A stretch of DNA of 64,000 nucleotides from Desulfobacteraceae bacterium (lineage in GTDB: Bacteria > Desulfobacterota > Desulfobacteria > Desulfobacterales > JAABSP01): the NCBI GenBank assembly GCA_011390345.1, contig JAABSP010000012.1:7846-71845 (forward strand), in the 5' to 3' direction. Each line of letters opens with the position of its first letter. Position 1 is the stretch's first letter. Under the pieces are notes generated by a model. The model did not search any database, was not told the origin of the DNA, and was given only the letters and a program-made list of their open reading frames with translations. The translations under genes were made by a program, and so were the position numbers. Of the stretch, positions 25,355-36,002 are shown piece by piece.

Positions 25355-25355
25355 T

Positions 25356-26099
25356 TTATTTCCCCCTGCCCCCGGCCCGGCTTCTAAAGTTCGACCGGGT
25401 CCGTCCGATGGTTGCCTGCTTCACCTTATCCCCAAACGATGCTTTGCTGACCTTTTGCCTGGCCATGCGCCGCTCGTAGAAATCGGGCTTTCTCTTCTTC
25501 GTGTAAGTCCCCTGTGTGCCGAACTGGTTCTTGCTGCCGAAATAGGGGATGCCTTTGGAATGAGTTTTCCGATAGCTCCGGTAGTCATGCCGGTAGATGT
25601 GAGGGAGGTCGATGTCGATCTCCAGTTCGTCGAACAGAGGCCCGTCTCCCTCGAACTCCCAGTACTCCCCTCCCCGGCCGGAACGCCATCGGCCATACCG
25701 CGGGTCCCCGACAAACTGGTATCCGGGGGGCGCGGCCGCCATGAGCGGTTCTCCGCCCTTCATCCCGGCAAGGGCCATGCCCAACAGCATCTCCGTGGAG
25801 TTGTAGAAATTTTTGGGAACCTTCACCCAGTTCGTTACATCCTGCTTCTTCGGCGTCAGTATCCGATACCGGTGATAATAATCCTTGAAAAAGTTCCCAT
25901 CCTCCTTCATGTTCTCGAGGATGACGGAATAGGTATCGGTCGACTGCCGGAGAGGTTGGGTTATCCGCTGCAGGGGCGGCTCCCCGTCTCCGCCGCACCC
26001 GGCAAGAAAAAGAATGCCCGCAAGCAGGGCTGCCGGGAAAATATGACAGATGCGGCGGGGAATCGACTCGAATTCTTTGGTGCGGCCAAGTGTCGTCAT
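25356..26099 (-). CDS. lipoprotein of unknown function (basic C-terminus)
   Basis: The lipobox is ILFLAGC and the RBS is GAGGAAGGA. It is the first gene of the lipoprotein/DUF350/speE-like run. Confidence 0.65.
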   Translation of the reverse strand: MTTLGRTKEFESIPRRICHIFPAALLAGILFLAGCGGDGEPPLQRITQPLRQSTDTYSVILENMKEDGNFFKDYYHRYRILTPKKQDVTNWVKVPKNFYNSTEMLLGMALAGMKGGEPLMAAAPPGYQFVGDPRYGRWRSGRGGEYWEFEGDGPLFDELEIDIDLPHIYRHDYRSYRKTHSKGIPYFGSKNQFGTQGTYTKKRKPDFYERRMARQKVSKASFGDKVKQATIGRTRSNFRSRAGGRGK

Positions 26100-26218
26100 G
26101 ATCCTTCCTCATTCGCTGAACCCAATTTCAAAATCCATTTAAAGAGATATCAGACCTGCTGGTACAGGTCAAGGAAGAATGCGAACAAATCCTCTCTAAT
26201 TTTGATCCCTGAACCGAT

Positions 26219-27358
26219 TTATCTGATCGCCGCACCGAGCACTTCGAAGAGCCGGTCGATATCCGCATCGACCGTATACAGATGGGGCGATATCCGGATA
26301 GCGGTTCCCCGGACGCTGACATAGACCTTCTTTTCGGCAAGCTGTCGGGGAAGATCTTTTCCGAAGCCGCCCGGAACCGAAATTCCGATCATGTGCGGGG
26401 ATCTTGCATCCTCGGGGGCACAAAGAAGCCGCAGCTCCCGGGCTCTTGCCGCGATAGCCGATGTCTTTGCCTTCAGGGTTCGGGCAATATTCTCGACTCC
26501 CCATTCATGGATCTGCTGCAGGGTTCGGGCCGCGACCGGAGAGAGGAAAAAATTGCTCACCTCCCCGACATCGAACCGGCGGGCTCCGGGCTGATAATCG
26601 TCCTTGTAATCGACCAGCCCGGCAAAATTTTCCGAGTCGGCCCGGTTGAGCCAGTTCTCCTCCAGCGCGGTGCCGTTCTGCCACTTGGGCGCGACATAGC
26701 AGTATCCGAAGCTGTAGGGGCCCAGCATCCATTTGTGCGCGGTGGTCACGAGAAAATCGGGCTGGACCTCCGGAACCGAAAAGGGCATGGCCCCCAGAGA
26801 TTGCGTGCCGTCCACCACCAGCGCCGCGCCGACCTGGCGGCATCTTTTCCCGATCTCGACGAGATCGATGAATGTGCCGTCGGTCCAATGGCAGTTGCCC
26901 AGAGCGACCACTGCTGTATCCTCGCCGATGGCATCGAGCACGGCCGGTGTCCATCGGCTCTCCTCGGGTCGGGGCACGGTGCGGATCACAGCCCCCCTCT
27001 CCTCAGCCACCCGCCGCCAGACATAGACATTGGAAGGGAACTGATCCTGGAGCAGGACGATGGCCTGGTTGGCCTTTACCGGAATATTTCTGGCCGCAAC
27101 GGCAATGCCGTAGGAGACCGCGGGGATGATGGCCACATCATTTGGATTGCAGCTTACCAGACGGGCAAATCCCTCCCGCACCGTCTCGGCCAGCGAGAAG
27201 AAATGGGGCGGCGTGAGAGTCCAGGGATTGGATTTCATCTTTACGGCTCCGGCTGCGGCCTCTGCTGCCGATTTGAGCAGCGGCGCTGTAAAGGCACAGT
27301 TCAGGTAGGCGACATCCTCCGGGATATCGAAGAGGTGGCGCTGTGATGGAATCAACAT
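26219..27358 (-). CDS. aminotransferase class V-fold PLP-dependent enzyme
   Basis: The pattern YLNCAF...LVVDGTQSLGAMP...TAHKWMLGPYSFGYCYV contains the PLP-lysine motif HKW of the class V fold. Confidence 0.85.
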   Translation of the reverse strand: MLIPSQRHLFDIPEDVAYLNCAFTAPLLKSAAEAAAGAVKMKSNPWTLTPPHFFSLAETVREGFARLVSCNPNDVAIIPAVSYGIAVAARNIPVKANQAIVLLQDQFPSNVYVWRRVAEERGAVIRTVPRPEESRWTPAVLDAIGEDTAVVALGNCHWTDGTFIDLVEIGKRCRQVGAALVVDGTQSLGAMPFSVPEVQPDFLVTTAHKWMLGPYSFGYCYVAPKWQNGTALEENWLNRADSENFAGLVDYKDDYQPGARRFDVGEVSNFFLSPVAARTLQQIHEWGVENIARTLKAKTSAIAARARELRLLCAPEDARSPHMIGISVPGGFGKDLPRQLAEKKVYVSVRGTAIRISPHLYTVDADIDRLFEVLGAAIR

Positions 27359-27543
27359 GAAAAAGTCTCCTTATTCATTGGCGTGAGCATATTTGTCATG
27401 GAGTTTTACTTTTAACACTCCTTTCGAGCATGTTTAATAATAGGTGAATCGAAAGAAATATTCAACATGAGAGATGAAGCTGCTCCAATCTCTTGTGGAA
27501 AATTTTTTGGGCTTTCCCCGCAGATGATGTTATACTGCTTTTT

Positions 27544-28584
27544 ATGGAACGAATGGACTACTTCATCAGGCGCATCCTGCTTATCCTCCCCACCTTCATC
27601 GGGATTACCCTGGTCTGTTTCGCGCTGATCCAGTTCGTGCCCGGAGGCCCTGTGGAGCAGGCGATCATGCAGATGCGGGGCATCGGCGAGGGCGAGGCCA
27701 GGCCCGGGGCCGAGGCGGCCTCCATCTCCGAATCCCAGCGCAAGGCTCTGGAGGCTCACTTCGGCTTTGACAAGCCCTTCCACGTCCGGTACTGGAACTG
27801 GCTGGTGGAGGAGCGGCTGGGAACGCAGATGCACTCCTACAAATATCCTGACAAGACCGCTTGGCAGATCATCGGGGGGCGGTTCGAGGTCTCTCTCATC
27901 TTCGGCCTCACCGGGTTTTTCCTCTCCTATCTCGTCTGCATTCCATTGGGGATCGCAAAGGCCCTGCGCCATGACTCCACCTTCGATTTCCTCTCGAGCG
28001 TCATCGTCTTTGTGGGGTATGCCATCCCGCCCTTTGCCTTTGGCATGGTTTTGAAGATGCTCCTCTCCGGAACCGTGGAGGGCCTGTGGGACATCTTTCC
28101 GGTGGCCGGATTCCAATCGGAGAACTACGCGCAGCTAAGCTTCTACGGCAAGGTGCAGGATATCTTCATGCACATGTTTCTGCCGGTGCTCTGCTATGTG
28201 ATCGGAAACTTTGCCATTTTAACCCTTCTGATGAAAAACTCCCTTCTGGAGCAGATCAGCCGGGATTACGTCCGCACGGTACTGGCCAAGGGGGGAACCT
28301 TCCGCAGGGCAGTCTGGGGCCACGCGTTCCGGAATGCACTGATCCCGATCGCCACCGGATTCGGCGCGATCCTTACCGTGATGTTTGCCGGCTCCGTGGT
28401 CATCGAGCAGGTCTTCGAGATCCCGGGCATGGGCAGGCTGAGTCTGGAGGCGATCGTGGGCCGGGACTATCCGATCTTCATGGGGATTCTGGCCATCACC
28501 TCGGTGCTGGGGCTGATCGGAAACGTGCTTTCGGATTTCGCGTATGTGGTGATCGATCCGAGAATCAACTTCCAGGGGAATTGA
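27544..28584 (+). CDS. yejB: ABC transporter permease, YejB/microcin C-type (peptide/opine family)
   Basis: The N-terminus MDYFIRRILLILPTFIGITLVCFALIQFVPGGPVEQ is characteristic of the family. The start is taken at ATG 27544 rather than the track start at 27493. Confidence 0.85.
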   Translation: MERMDYFIRRILLILPTFIGITLVCFALIQFVPGGPVEQAIMQMRGIGEGEARPGAEAASISESQRKALEAHFGFDKPFHVRYWNWLVEERLGTQMHSYKYPDKTAWQIIGGRFEVSLIFGLTGFFLSYLVCIPLGIAKALRHDSTFDFLSSVIVFVGYAIPPFAFGMVLKMLLSGTVEGLWDIFPVAGFQSENYAQLSFYGKVQDIFMHMFLPVLCYVIGNFAILTLLMKNSLLEQISRDYVRTVLAKGGTFRRAVWGHAFRNALIPIATGFGAILTVMFAGSVVIEQVFEIPGMGRLSLEAIVGRDYPIFMGILAITSVLGLIGNVLSDFAYVVIDPRINFQGN

Positions 28585-28593
28585 TCCGCACCC

Positions 28594-30188
28594 ATGCCGC
28601 TCCTCTCCCGATTCATCCGAAACCCCATGACATTAAAGCGCATCCGGCGCTTCAAGGAGGTGAAGCGGGCATACTTCTCCCTCTGGCTGCTTTCCGGGCT
28701 TTTCCTCATCAGCCTCTTTTCCGAGCTGATCTGCAACAACGTCCCCTTATATGTCCGGTTCAACGACAGCTCCTATTTTCCGATCTTCAGCTTCTATACC
28801 GAAGACGAGTTCACCGGCACCGGACTGCTCACCCGGCCCGACTATAAAAAAATCGCAGATATCCCGGCTTTTGCCGAAAATCCGGACAATTACATGATCT
28901 TTCCGCCGGTTCCCTTTGGGCCGTATGAATCGATAGAGCCGGCCTCCATCGAGGTATCCAAAAAGATTACCGCATCCTTTACACCGGTTCCCATAATCGG
29001 CAGGGTCGATATCCTGCCAAATGGTGAGATCGAGCGATCCCTTGCCTTTGCGCCGTTTGTGGAGAAGACCGAAGAGGAGGTTCAGGGAACCGAGCTTTCC
29101 GGATACATCGAGCTTCCCGAAGAAGTTAAGGCAGCGGTTCAGCGCCGATTTGCCAATCAACCGGCCTCCCGCTTCACCCATGCCACCGACGCATTCGGCG
29201 AGGATCGGGTACAGATATCCCTCTCCACCTTCACCCCCAGAGATGCGCCGCCCGATACGGTACGCCTCACCTTTCGGGAGACCGGGGAACGGGCTGAACC
29301 GGTGAAGATGCGCTTCGACAAAGAGGGGGCGCTCTACAGTGATCCGTCAAACCTCTGGCCCCATATCCCCAAGGCCGACAAGGCCGTTGTGCGGGAGTTT
29401 GCCGTCCGCCGGACCCAAGCACCTGTTGACCCGATCCGGCTGCAGATCAAGGGCCGGAACTACATCGTCCACTTCATCGGCATGGAAGTGCGGTTTCCGT
29501 ATCAGCCGGCAGAAGGCCACATCATGGGGATCGACGGCGCGGGGAGGGATGTCCTTGCCCGGATTCTCTACGGCCTGCGCACCTCGCTCACCTTCGGATT
29601 TCTGCTGGTGGCCGGCTCCATGCTGATCGGGATCATCGCGGGCGCGCTCCAGGGCTATTACGGGGGGCTGATCGACATCACGGCTCAGAGACTCACCGAG
29701 ATCTGGAGCGCTCTGCCCTTTTTATATGTGATGATCCTGATGGGCTCGGTCTACGGCAGAAGCTTCATGCTGCTGCTCTTCTGCTACGGCCTCTTCAACT
29801 GGATCGGGATCTCCTATTATATCCGCGCGGAATTCCTGCGGCTCCGGCGGCTCCCATTTGTGGAGGCGGCCAAGTGCATGGGGATTCCGACCTGGAAGGT
29901 CATCTTCAAACACATTCTCCCCAACGGGATGATCCCGGTGATCACCTTTTTTCCCTTCTCGCTGGTGGGGGCCATCGGCGCGCTGGCCGCGCTCGACTAC
30001 CTCGGCTTCGGCCTGCCGCCCCCCACTCCGAGCTGGGGAGAGCTGCTCTTTCAGGCCCAGCAGTACCGGTGGGCCTGGTGGCTGATCCTCTACCCTTCCC
30101 TTGCCCTCTTTACGGTGATGCTGCTGGGGGTCTTCGTGGGGGAAGGGGTCCGAAACGCTTATGATCCGAAACGGTACATCCGGCTGGA

Positions 30189-30192
<4 letters not shown>
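28594..30192 (+). CDS. yejE: ABC transporter permease, YejE-type with large periplasmic insertion
   Basis: The C-terminal BPD permease core is present (HIMGIDGAGRDVLARILYGLRTSL...EAAKCMGIPTWKVIFKHILPN). Confidence 0.85.
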
Positions 30193-31205
<1,013 letters not shown>

Positions 31206-31208
31206 GAA

Positions 31209-32213
31209 ATGGCGCAAATCATTCAGGCAGATTCCATCTCAGCTCCGCCCTCCCCGCTTCTCGATGTAAAGGATCTGAAGACCTGGTTTCCGATCCAGCG
31301 GGGGATCTTCTCAAAGATCGTGGGGCATGTCCGCGCGGTGGACCGCGTCACCTTTTCGATACAGAAGGGGGAAACCCTGGGCCTTGTCGGGGAATCGGGC
31401 TGCGGCAAGACCACATTGGGCCGCACCCTCATCGGGCTGGAGACCGCAATGGAGGGGCAGGCGCTCTTCAACGGCAGGGATCTCGTGACCCTCTCCTCCC
31501 GGGAGCGGCGGCACTTGAGAAGACAGATGCAGATCATCTTTCAGGACCCGCTCTCCTCCCTCAACCCGAGGATGAACATTTTAGACATCGTCACCGAGGG
31601 GATCGCGCAGTTCAAGATGGTGGAGGGAGGCCGGGAGGATCACGCAAAGCGGCTCATGGCCGAGGTAGGGCTGGACAAAGAGGCCATCTACCGGTATCCC
31701 CACGAGTTCTCCGGGGGGCAGCGGCAGCGGATCAACATTGCCAGGGCCATCTCCCTGCGGCCCGACTTCATTGTCTGTGACGAGCCGGTGAGCGCACTTG
31801 ATGTATCGGTGCAGGCCCAGGTGATCAACCTGCTCATGGATCTGCGGAAGAGCCACGGTCTCTCCTACCTCTTCATCTCCCATGATCTGAGCGTGGTGAG
31901 CAACATCGCGGGCCGGACCGCGGTGATGTATCTCGGAACCATCGTGGAGCAGGGGCCGACATCAGACATCATCGAAGATCCGCTTCATCCCTATACAAAG
32001 GCGCTGATTGCCGCGGTTCCCGATCCGGGAAAGGCCAAAATCGGCGAGCGGGAGGAGAGGCTGGTAAAGGGAGAGACCCCCTCCCCTGCCGCGCCGCCCT
32101 CCGGCTGCCGGTTTCATACCCGGTGTCCCGATATCATGGATATCTGCCCCAGGGTCGATCCACCGGACTTCTCCCATGAGACCCGGCTGGTGCGGTGTCA
32201 TCTGTACAAATAG
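31209..32213 (+). CDS. ABC transporter ATP-binding protein (DppF/OppF-like; second half of YejF equivalent)
   Basis: Walker A GESGCGKT, signature FSGGQRQR, Walker B FIVCDEPVSALD, and GCRFHTRCP. Confidence 0.9.
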   Translation: MAQIIQADSISAPPSPLLDVKDLKTWFPIQRGIFSKIVGHVRAVDRVTFSIQKGETLGLVGESGCGKTTLGRTLIGLETAMEGQALFNGRDLVTLSSRERRHLRRQMQIIFQDPLSSLNPRMNILDIVTEGIAQFKMVEGGREDHAKRLMAEVGLDKEAIYRYPHEFSGGQRQRINIARAISLRPDFIVCDEPVSALDVSVQAQVINLLMDLRKSHGLSYLFISHDLSVVSNIAGRTAVMYLGTIVEQGPTSDIIEDPLHPYTKALIAAVPDPGKAKIGEREERLVKGETPSPAAPPSGCRFHTRCPDIMDICPRVDPPDFSHETRLVRCHLYK

Positions 32214-32357
32214 GCATCCGACTTTCACCGCATATCTTTTCCACCATACTTGACAGACAAACAAAAAGCGCTCCCGACATTCGAAAGCGCTCCTTGAAAT
32301 ATATTCCGTTTCAGGGGGGCAATGGCCACCCCTTCAGCTCATTTTGCCAGCCAGCAG

Positions 32358-33374
32358 CTACAAAAACCGCTCGATCTTTGCATCCTTCTTGATCTCTTCA
32401 ATCTGCCCGGCCAGCTTCTCCTGCACCTTCTGCTGCTTCAGAAGATCCTGGAGCCGATCTTTGACCTTCTCATACTCCAGTGTCGAGGCCGGCTTTCCCT
32501 CTTCTTTTTTGATCAGATGATAGCCGAACTGGGTCTCGACCACATCGCTCACCTCACCGGCCTCGAGTGCGAAGGCCGCATCCTCAAAGGCTTTGACCAT
32601 CTGGCCCCGGCCGAAAAATCCGAGATCGCCGCCCCGGTCGCTGCTGGGGCCTTCGGAGTGCTCCTTGGCCAGCTCTGCAAAGTCGCCGCCCTTTTCCACC
32701 TTCTCCTGGACGTCCCCGATCTTCTTCCTGGCCTCGGCCTTATCAGCCTCGGTCGCGTCCGGCTCGGACTTGATCAGGATATGGCGGGCATGGATCTGCT
32801 CAGGCTGCTGGAACATCTCCTGATTGGACCCGTAGAATTCCTTCACTTCCTTGTCGGTGATCTCGATATCCTTTGAGATCCGCTCCTCGATGAATTTTTG
32901 GACCACCAGCCGCTGCCGGATCTGACCTTTAAGCTGCTCCTCGGTGGTCTTCATCCGCTCGATCACCTGCTTGAACTGCTCCTCATCCGGAAACTGACCC
33001 TTCAGCTCCGCGAACTGGGCCTCGATCTCTTCGGGATCGGCCTTGAAGCCCTCCTTCAGGGCATACTGATAGAGCAGCTCCCGGTTGATCATGTTCTCCA
33101 GGATGTCCTTCCGGATCTCCATCAGCTTCTGGGGGTCGGGCTGCTGCCCTTGCATGGCCATCCGCTGGATGGCTGCCTCGGTCTCCTGCTGAAACACTTT
33201 CTGAGTGATAACGGTTCCGTTGACCACGGCAACTTTTTCTGTGGACTGCGCCTGCACGGCCTCTTTTGTCTCCTGTTCTTTCTCCTGCGCATCCTGTGCA
33301 ACGGCTGCAGATGTAATAAAGATCATTGCAGTTCCCAAGAGCAGAACAAGCCCTTTTTTGGATCGCTGAAACAT
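32358..33374 (-). CDS. periplasmic peptidyl-prolyl cis-trans isomerase, SurA-N + parvulin (PpiC) type
   Basis: Signal peptide, then the parvulin block ARHILIK...GGDLGFFGRGQMVKAFEDAAF...VVETQFGYHLIK. Confidence 0.85.
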   Translation of the reverse strand: MFQRSKKGLVLLLGTAMIFITSAAVAQDAQEKEQETKEAVQAQSTEKVAVVNGTVITQKVFQQETEAAIQRMAMQGQQPDPQKLMEIRKDILENMINRELLYQYALKEGFKADPEEIEAQFAELKGQFPDEEQFKQVIERMKTTEEQLKGQIRQRLVVQKFIEERISKDIEITDKEVKEFYGSNQEMFQQPEQIHARHILIKSEPDATEADKAEARKKIGDVQEKVEKGGDFAELAKEHSEGPSSDRGGDLGFFGRGQMVKAFEDAAFALEAGEVSDVVETQFGYHLIKKEEGKPASTLEYEKVKDRLQDLLKQQKVQEKLAGQIEEIKKDAKIERFL

Positions 33375-33508
33375 AGAATAACTCTCCTCCGTCTGGAAAT
33401 AATAGATGCCCTTATCGGCATGTTCTTCTTACAATAACATCCTTGTGTTTAAAATCAAACGATTTTGTCCTTCTTGGTTTGTCCTCCTTGGAGCATCGGA
33501 CATAAATC

Positions 33509-34162
33509 TCAATACCCCAAGGCTTTGTTGATCAGGATCACCGAGACCTTTTCAGCTTTCATGGGCTTTCGGTGAAGTATGGTGGTGACGCGGCAGATCC
33601 GCTGGGGAGAATTGCAGTCCGCACAGAGGCCGGTCTCCGCACAGGGAGTCTTCATCCCCAGGCTTTTTGCTCTCATGGGGCCCGCTACGGTTCGAATGCG
33701 CTCCAGGGCATCTTGAAGAGTATCCGTGATTTTATTTACACCGGCGACGATCATCACCGCCTTGGGGCCAAAACTCATGGCCGCGGTCCGGTTGCCGATG
33801 CCGTCCACATTGACGATCTCTCCGGTTGCGGAGATGGCGTTTGCACTCGTGAAGAAACAGTCGCACCGGCCCTGGTTCAAGCGCAATTCCATATCCTGCT
33901 CCGGAGTATCGGTCTCCCAATGGTCATACAGGGTCTTGCCGGCCGATTTCAATTCTTCGAGAATGCCGATCTTCCGCACCGTGTCGGAGCCGCCGACGCC
34001 GAAGGTCTCATACCCCTCGATACGCTCCCGAAGAGCCGTACATGCGCTCACCCCATCCGGAACGAGAACGGCATCGAAGCCGTGTGTTTTCAGGTTTTCC
34101 GCACACCGCTCTCCCCGCATCCTCCCGAGCCATTTTCCGTAATCCTGATCCGCTGGATTCAC
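33509..34162 (-). CDS. LUD-domain (DUF162, lactate-utilisation LutC/YkgG-like) protein
   Basis: The pattern ...GVGGSDT...FFTSANAISATGEIVNVDGIGNRTAAMSFGPKAVMIVAGVNK matches LUD-domain proteins. Confidence 0.7.
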   Translation of the reverse strand: MNPADQDYGKWLGRMRGERCAENLKTHGFDAVLVPDGVSACTALRERIEGYETFGVGGSDTVRKIGILEELKSAGKTLYDHWETDTPEQDMELRLNQGRCDCFFTSANAISATGEIVNVDGIGNRTAAMSFGPKAVMIVAGVNKITDTLQDALERIRTVAGPMRAKSLGMKTPCAETGLCADCNSPQRICRVTTILHRKPMKAEKVSVILINKALGY

Positions 34163-34201
34163 TTTTTTGATCTCTCCTTTCGATTCCGGTGCGCCTCCGA
34201 T

Positions 34202-35998
34202 CTATTCGGAACTGCTCTTGATCTCGTTGATTTTCTGGTTGTAAAAGGAGATCACCTCTCTCCGGTTGAGCATTCCGATGAGGATGCAGTGATCCTCGTC
34301 CCTGACTACCGGCAGGCTGTCGATGTTCTTCTGGGTGAACTTCTGCAGCACTGTGTTGAGGTCATCAGAGGGAAAGGTGACGATGATGTCTGAGGTGCAG
34401 ATGTCCTTCATCCGCACCAGGTGCTCGATGCCGTCGGCAAAGAGGACACCGCGGATATCGGTGCTGGAGAAGATCCCGTTGAGCCGATAGTGCTCGTCCA
34501 TCACCGGGAAGTAGTGCTGCTTGGTCTCCGCGAAGAACTCCTTGAACTCCTTGAAGCTCATCTCCTGGGGGATCAGCTCCACCTTTCGCACCACAGGCAT
34601 GAGATCCTGCACCCGGAACTTCTGGAGCACATCCACGAAAAACTCACCCGCGTGGGCCGCAGAGGCCAGCTTGTTCTTCACCTGCTTTTCATAGATGGTC
34701 CACCGCTGGGATATGAGATAGGCCACGGAGCAGACCAGCAGCGACGGAAGTAGCAGATGGTAGGAGTTGGTCATCTCCGAGACAAAGATGATGGTTGAGA
34801 TAGGGGTGTTGGAGACCGCGGTGAAAAATCCGGCCATTCCGACGATGACGAAGGTTCCCGGCTCAGTCACCACCCCGGGCATCATCTCGTTGAAGAAGCG
34901 GCCCACCACGCCGCCCATCGCGCCGCCGATCACCACCGAAGGGCCGAAGACGCCGCCCGAGCCGCCCGAGCCGATGGAAAAGGAGGTGGTCAATATCTTT
35001 CCGATGGCCAGGGTCAGCAGAAAGGGAATGGTCAACTGGTTGAGAATGGCCAACTGCGCGAAGCCGTAGCCAAAGGCCAGGGTATGGGGAAGATAGAAGC
35101 CGATGATGCCGGTGCAGAGGCCCCCGAGCGCGGGCTTGATGTGGTTGGGGATCTTCATCCGCCGGAAGATTACGGTGATGCCGTAGAATGCCTTGATATA
35201 GAAGATGCCGGCCCCGACCAGCACAAAGGCCAGCACCAGATAGGGGCCCAGCTCCAAAGGATTTCGGAACCGGAAAGGCGGGGCTTCGAAGAGGGACCCC
35301 CAGCCGAATACGAGGCAGAATACGCAGTAGGCCACCACCGAGGAGATTCCGGCCGGGATGATCACCTCGGATTCGAACTCCGGGTCCCGGTAGAGGACCT
35401 CGGCCGCGAAGAGCGCGCCGGCCAGCGGGGCCCGGAAGATACTGCCGACGCCGGCGCCGATCCCGGCCGCCATCATGATCCGCCGTTCACGGTCCGACAG
35501 CTTCAGCCGTGTGGCCAGAAAAGAGCCGAAGCCCGCGCCTATCTGCGCGATGGGCCCCTCCCGGCCCCCGGAGCCGCCCGTGGTAAGGGTGATGGCCGAA
35601 GCAATGGTCTTGATTACCGGAACCTGGGGCCGGATAAAGCCGCCCTTGTTATGGTAGGCATCGATGGCCGCGTCCGTGCCGTGCCCCTCGGCCTCGGGCG
35701 CGAAGGTGTAGACGAGCCAGCCGCTCAGTATGCCGCCGAAGGCCGGCAGAAAAAGGAGGAGCCATCGGTTGAAGGGTCTCTCCGTGGGCGGCAGGAGATG
35801 GTGCTCCCCGGCCGGGGCCGGGGGGCGGTATCCCGCGATCATGTCCATGAAATAGTGGACCCCGAGCCCGCAGAGATAGTGAAAGATGATGGAGCCGGCG
35901 CCGGCAATGAGGCCGATGAGGATGAAGAGGATGAACCACTTGCCGGCCCGGGTATAGGATTGAAGCTTCTTTGCCTGTTTCTGGAGAAGAATTCCCAT
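34202..35998 (-). CDS. ClC-family voltage-gated chloride channel / H+-Cl- antiporter with C-terminal CBS pair
   Basis: The selectivity motifs are present: GSGGREGP, GIGAGVGSIFRAPL and GGVFGPS. Two CBS domains follow. The start is taken at ATG 35998 (MGILLQK), 4 nt after the upstream stop. The track start at 36079 would overlap the upstream gene. Confidence 0.88.
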   Translation of the reverse strand: MGILLQKQAKKLQSYTRAGKWFILFILIGLIAGAGSIIFHYLCGLGVHYFMDMIAGYRPPAPAGEHHLLPPTERPFNRWLLLFLPAFGGILSGWLVYTFAPEAEGHGTDAAIDAYHNKGGFIRPQVPVIKTIASAITLTTGGSGGREGPIAQIGAGFGSFLATRLKLSDRERRIMMAAGIGAGVGSIFRAPLAGALFAAEVLYRDPEFESEVIIPAGISSVVAYCVFCLVFGWGSLFEAPPFRFRNPLELGPYLVLAFVLVGAGIFYIKAFYGITVIFRRMKIPNHIKPALGGLCTGIIGFYLPHTLAFGYGFAQLAILNQLTIPFLLTLAIGKILTTSFSIGSGGSGGVFGPSVVIGGAMGGVVGRFFNEMMPGVVTEPGTFVIVGMAGFFTAVSNTPISTIIFVSEMTNSYHLLLPSLLVCSVAYLISQRWTIYEKQVKNKLASAAHAGEFFVDVLQKFRVQDLMPVVRKVELIPQEMSFKEFKEFFAETKQHYFPVMDEHYRLNGIFSSTDIRGVLFADGIEHLVRMKDICTSDIIVTFPSDDLNTVLQKFTQKNIDSLPVVRDEDHCILIGMLNRREVISFYNQKINEIKSSSE

Positions 35999-36002
35999 CG
36001 GC

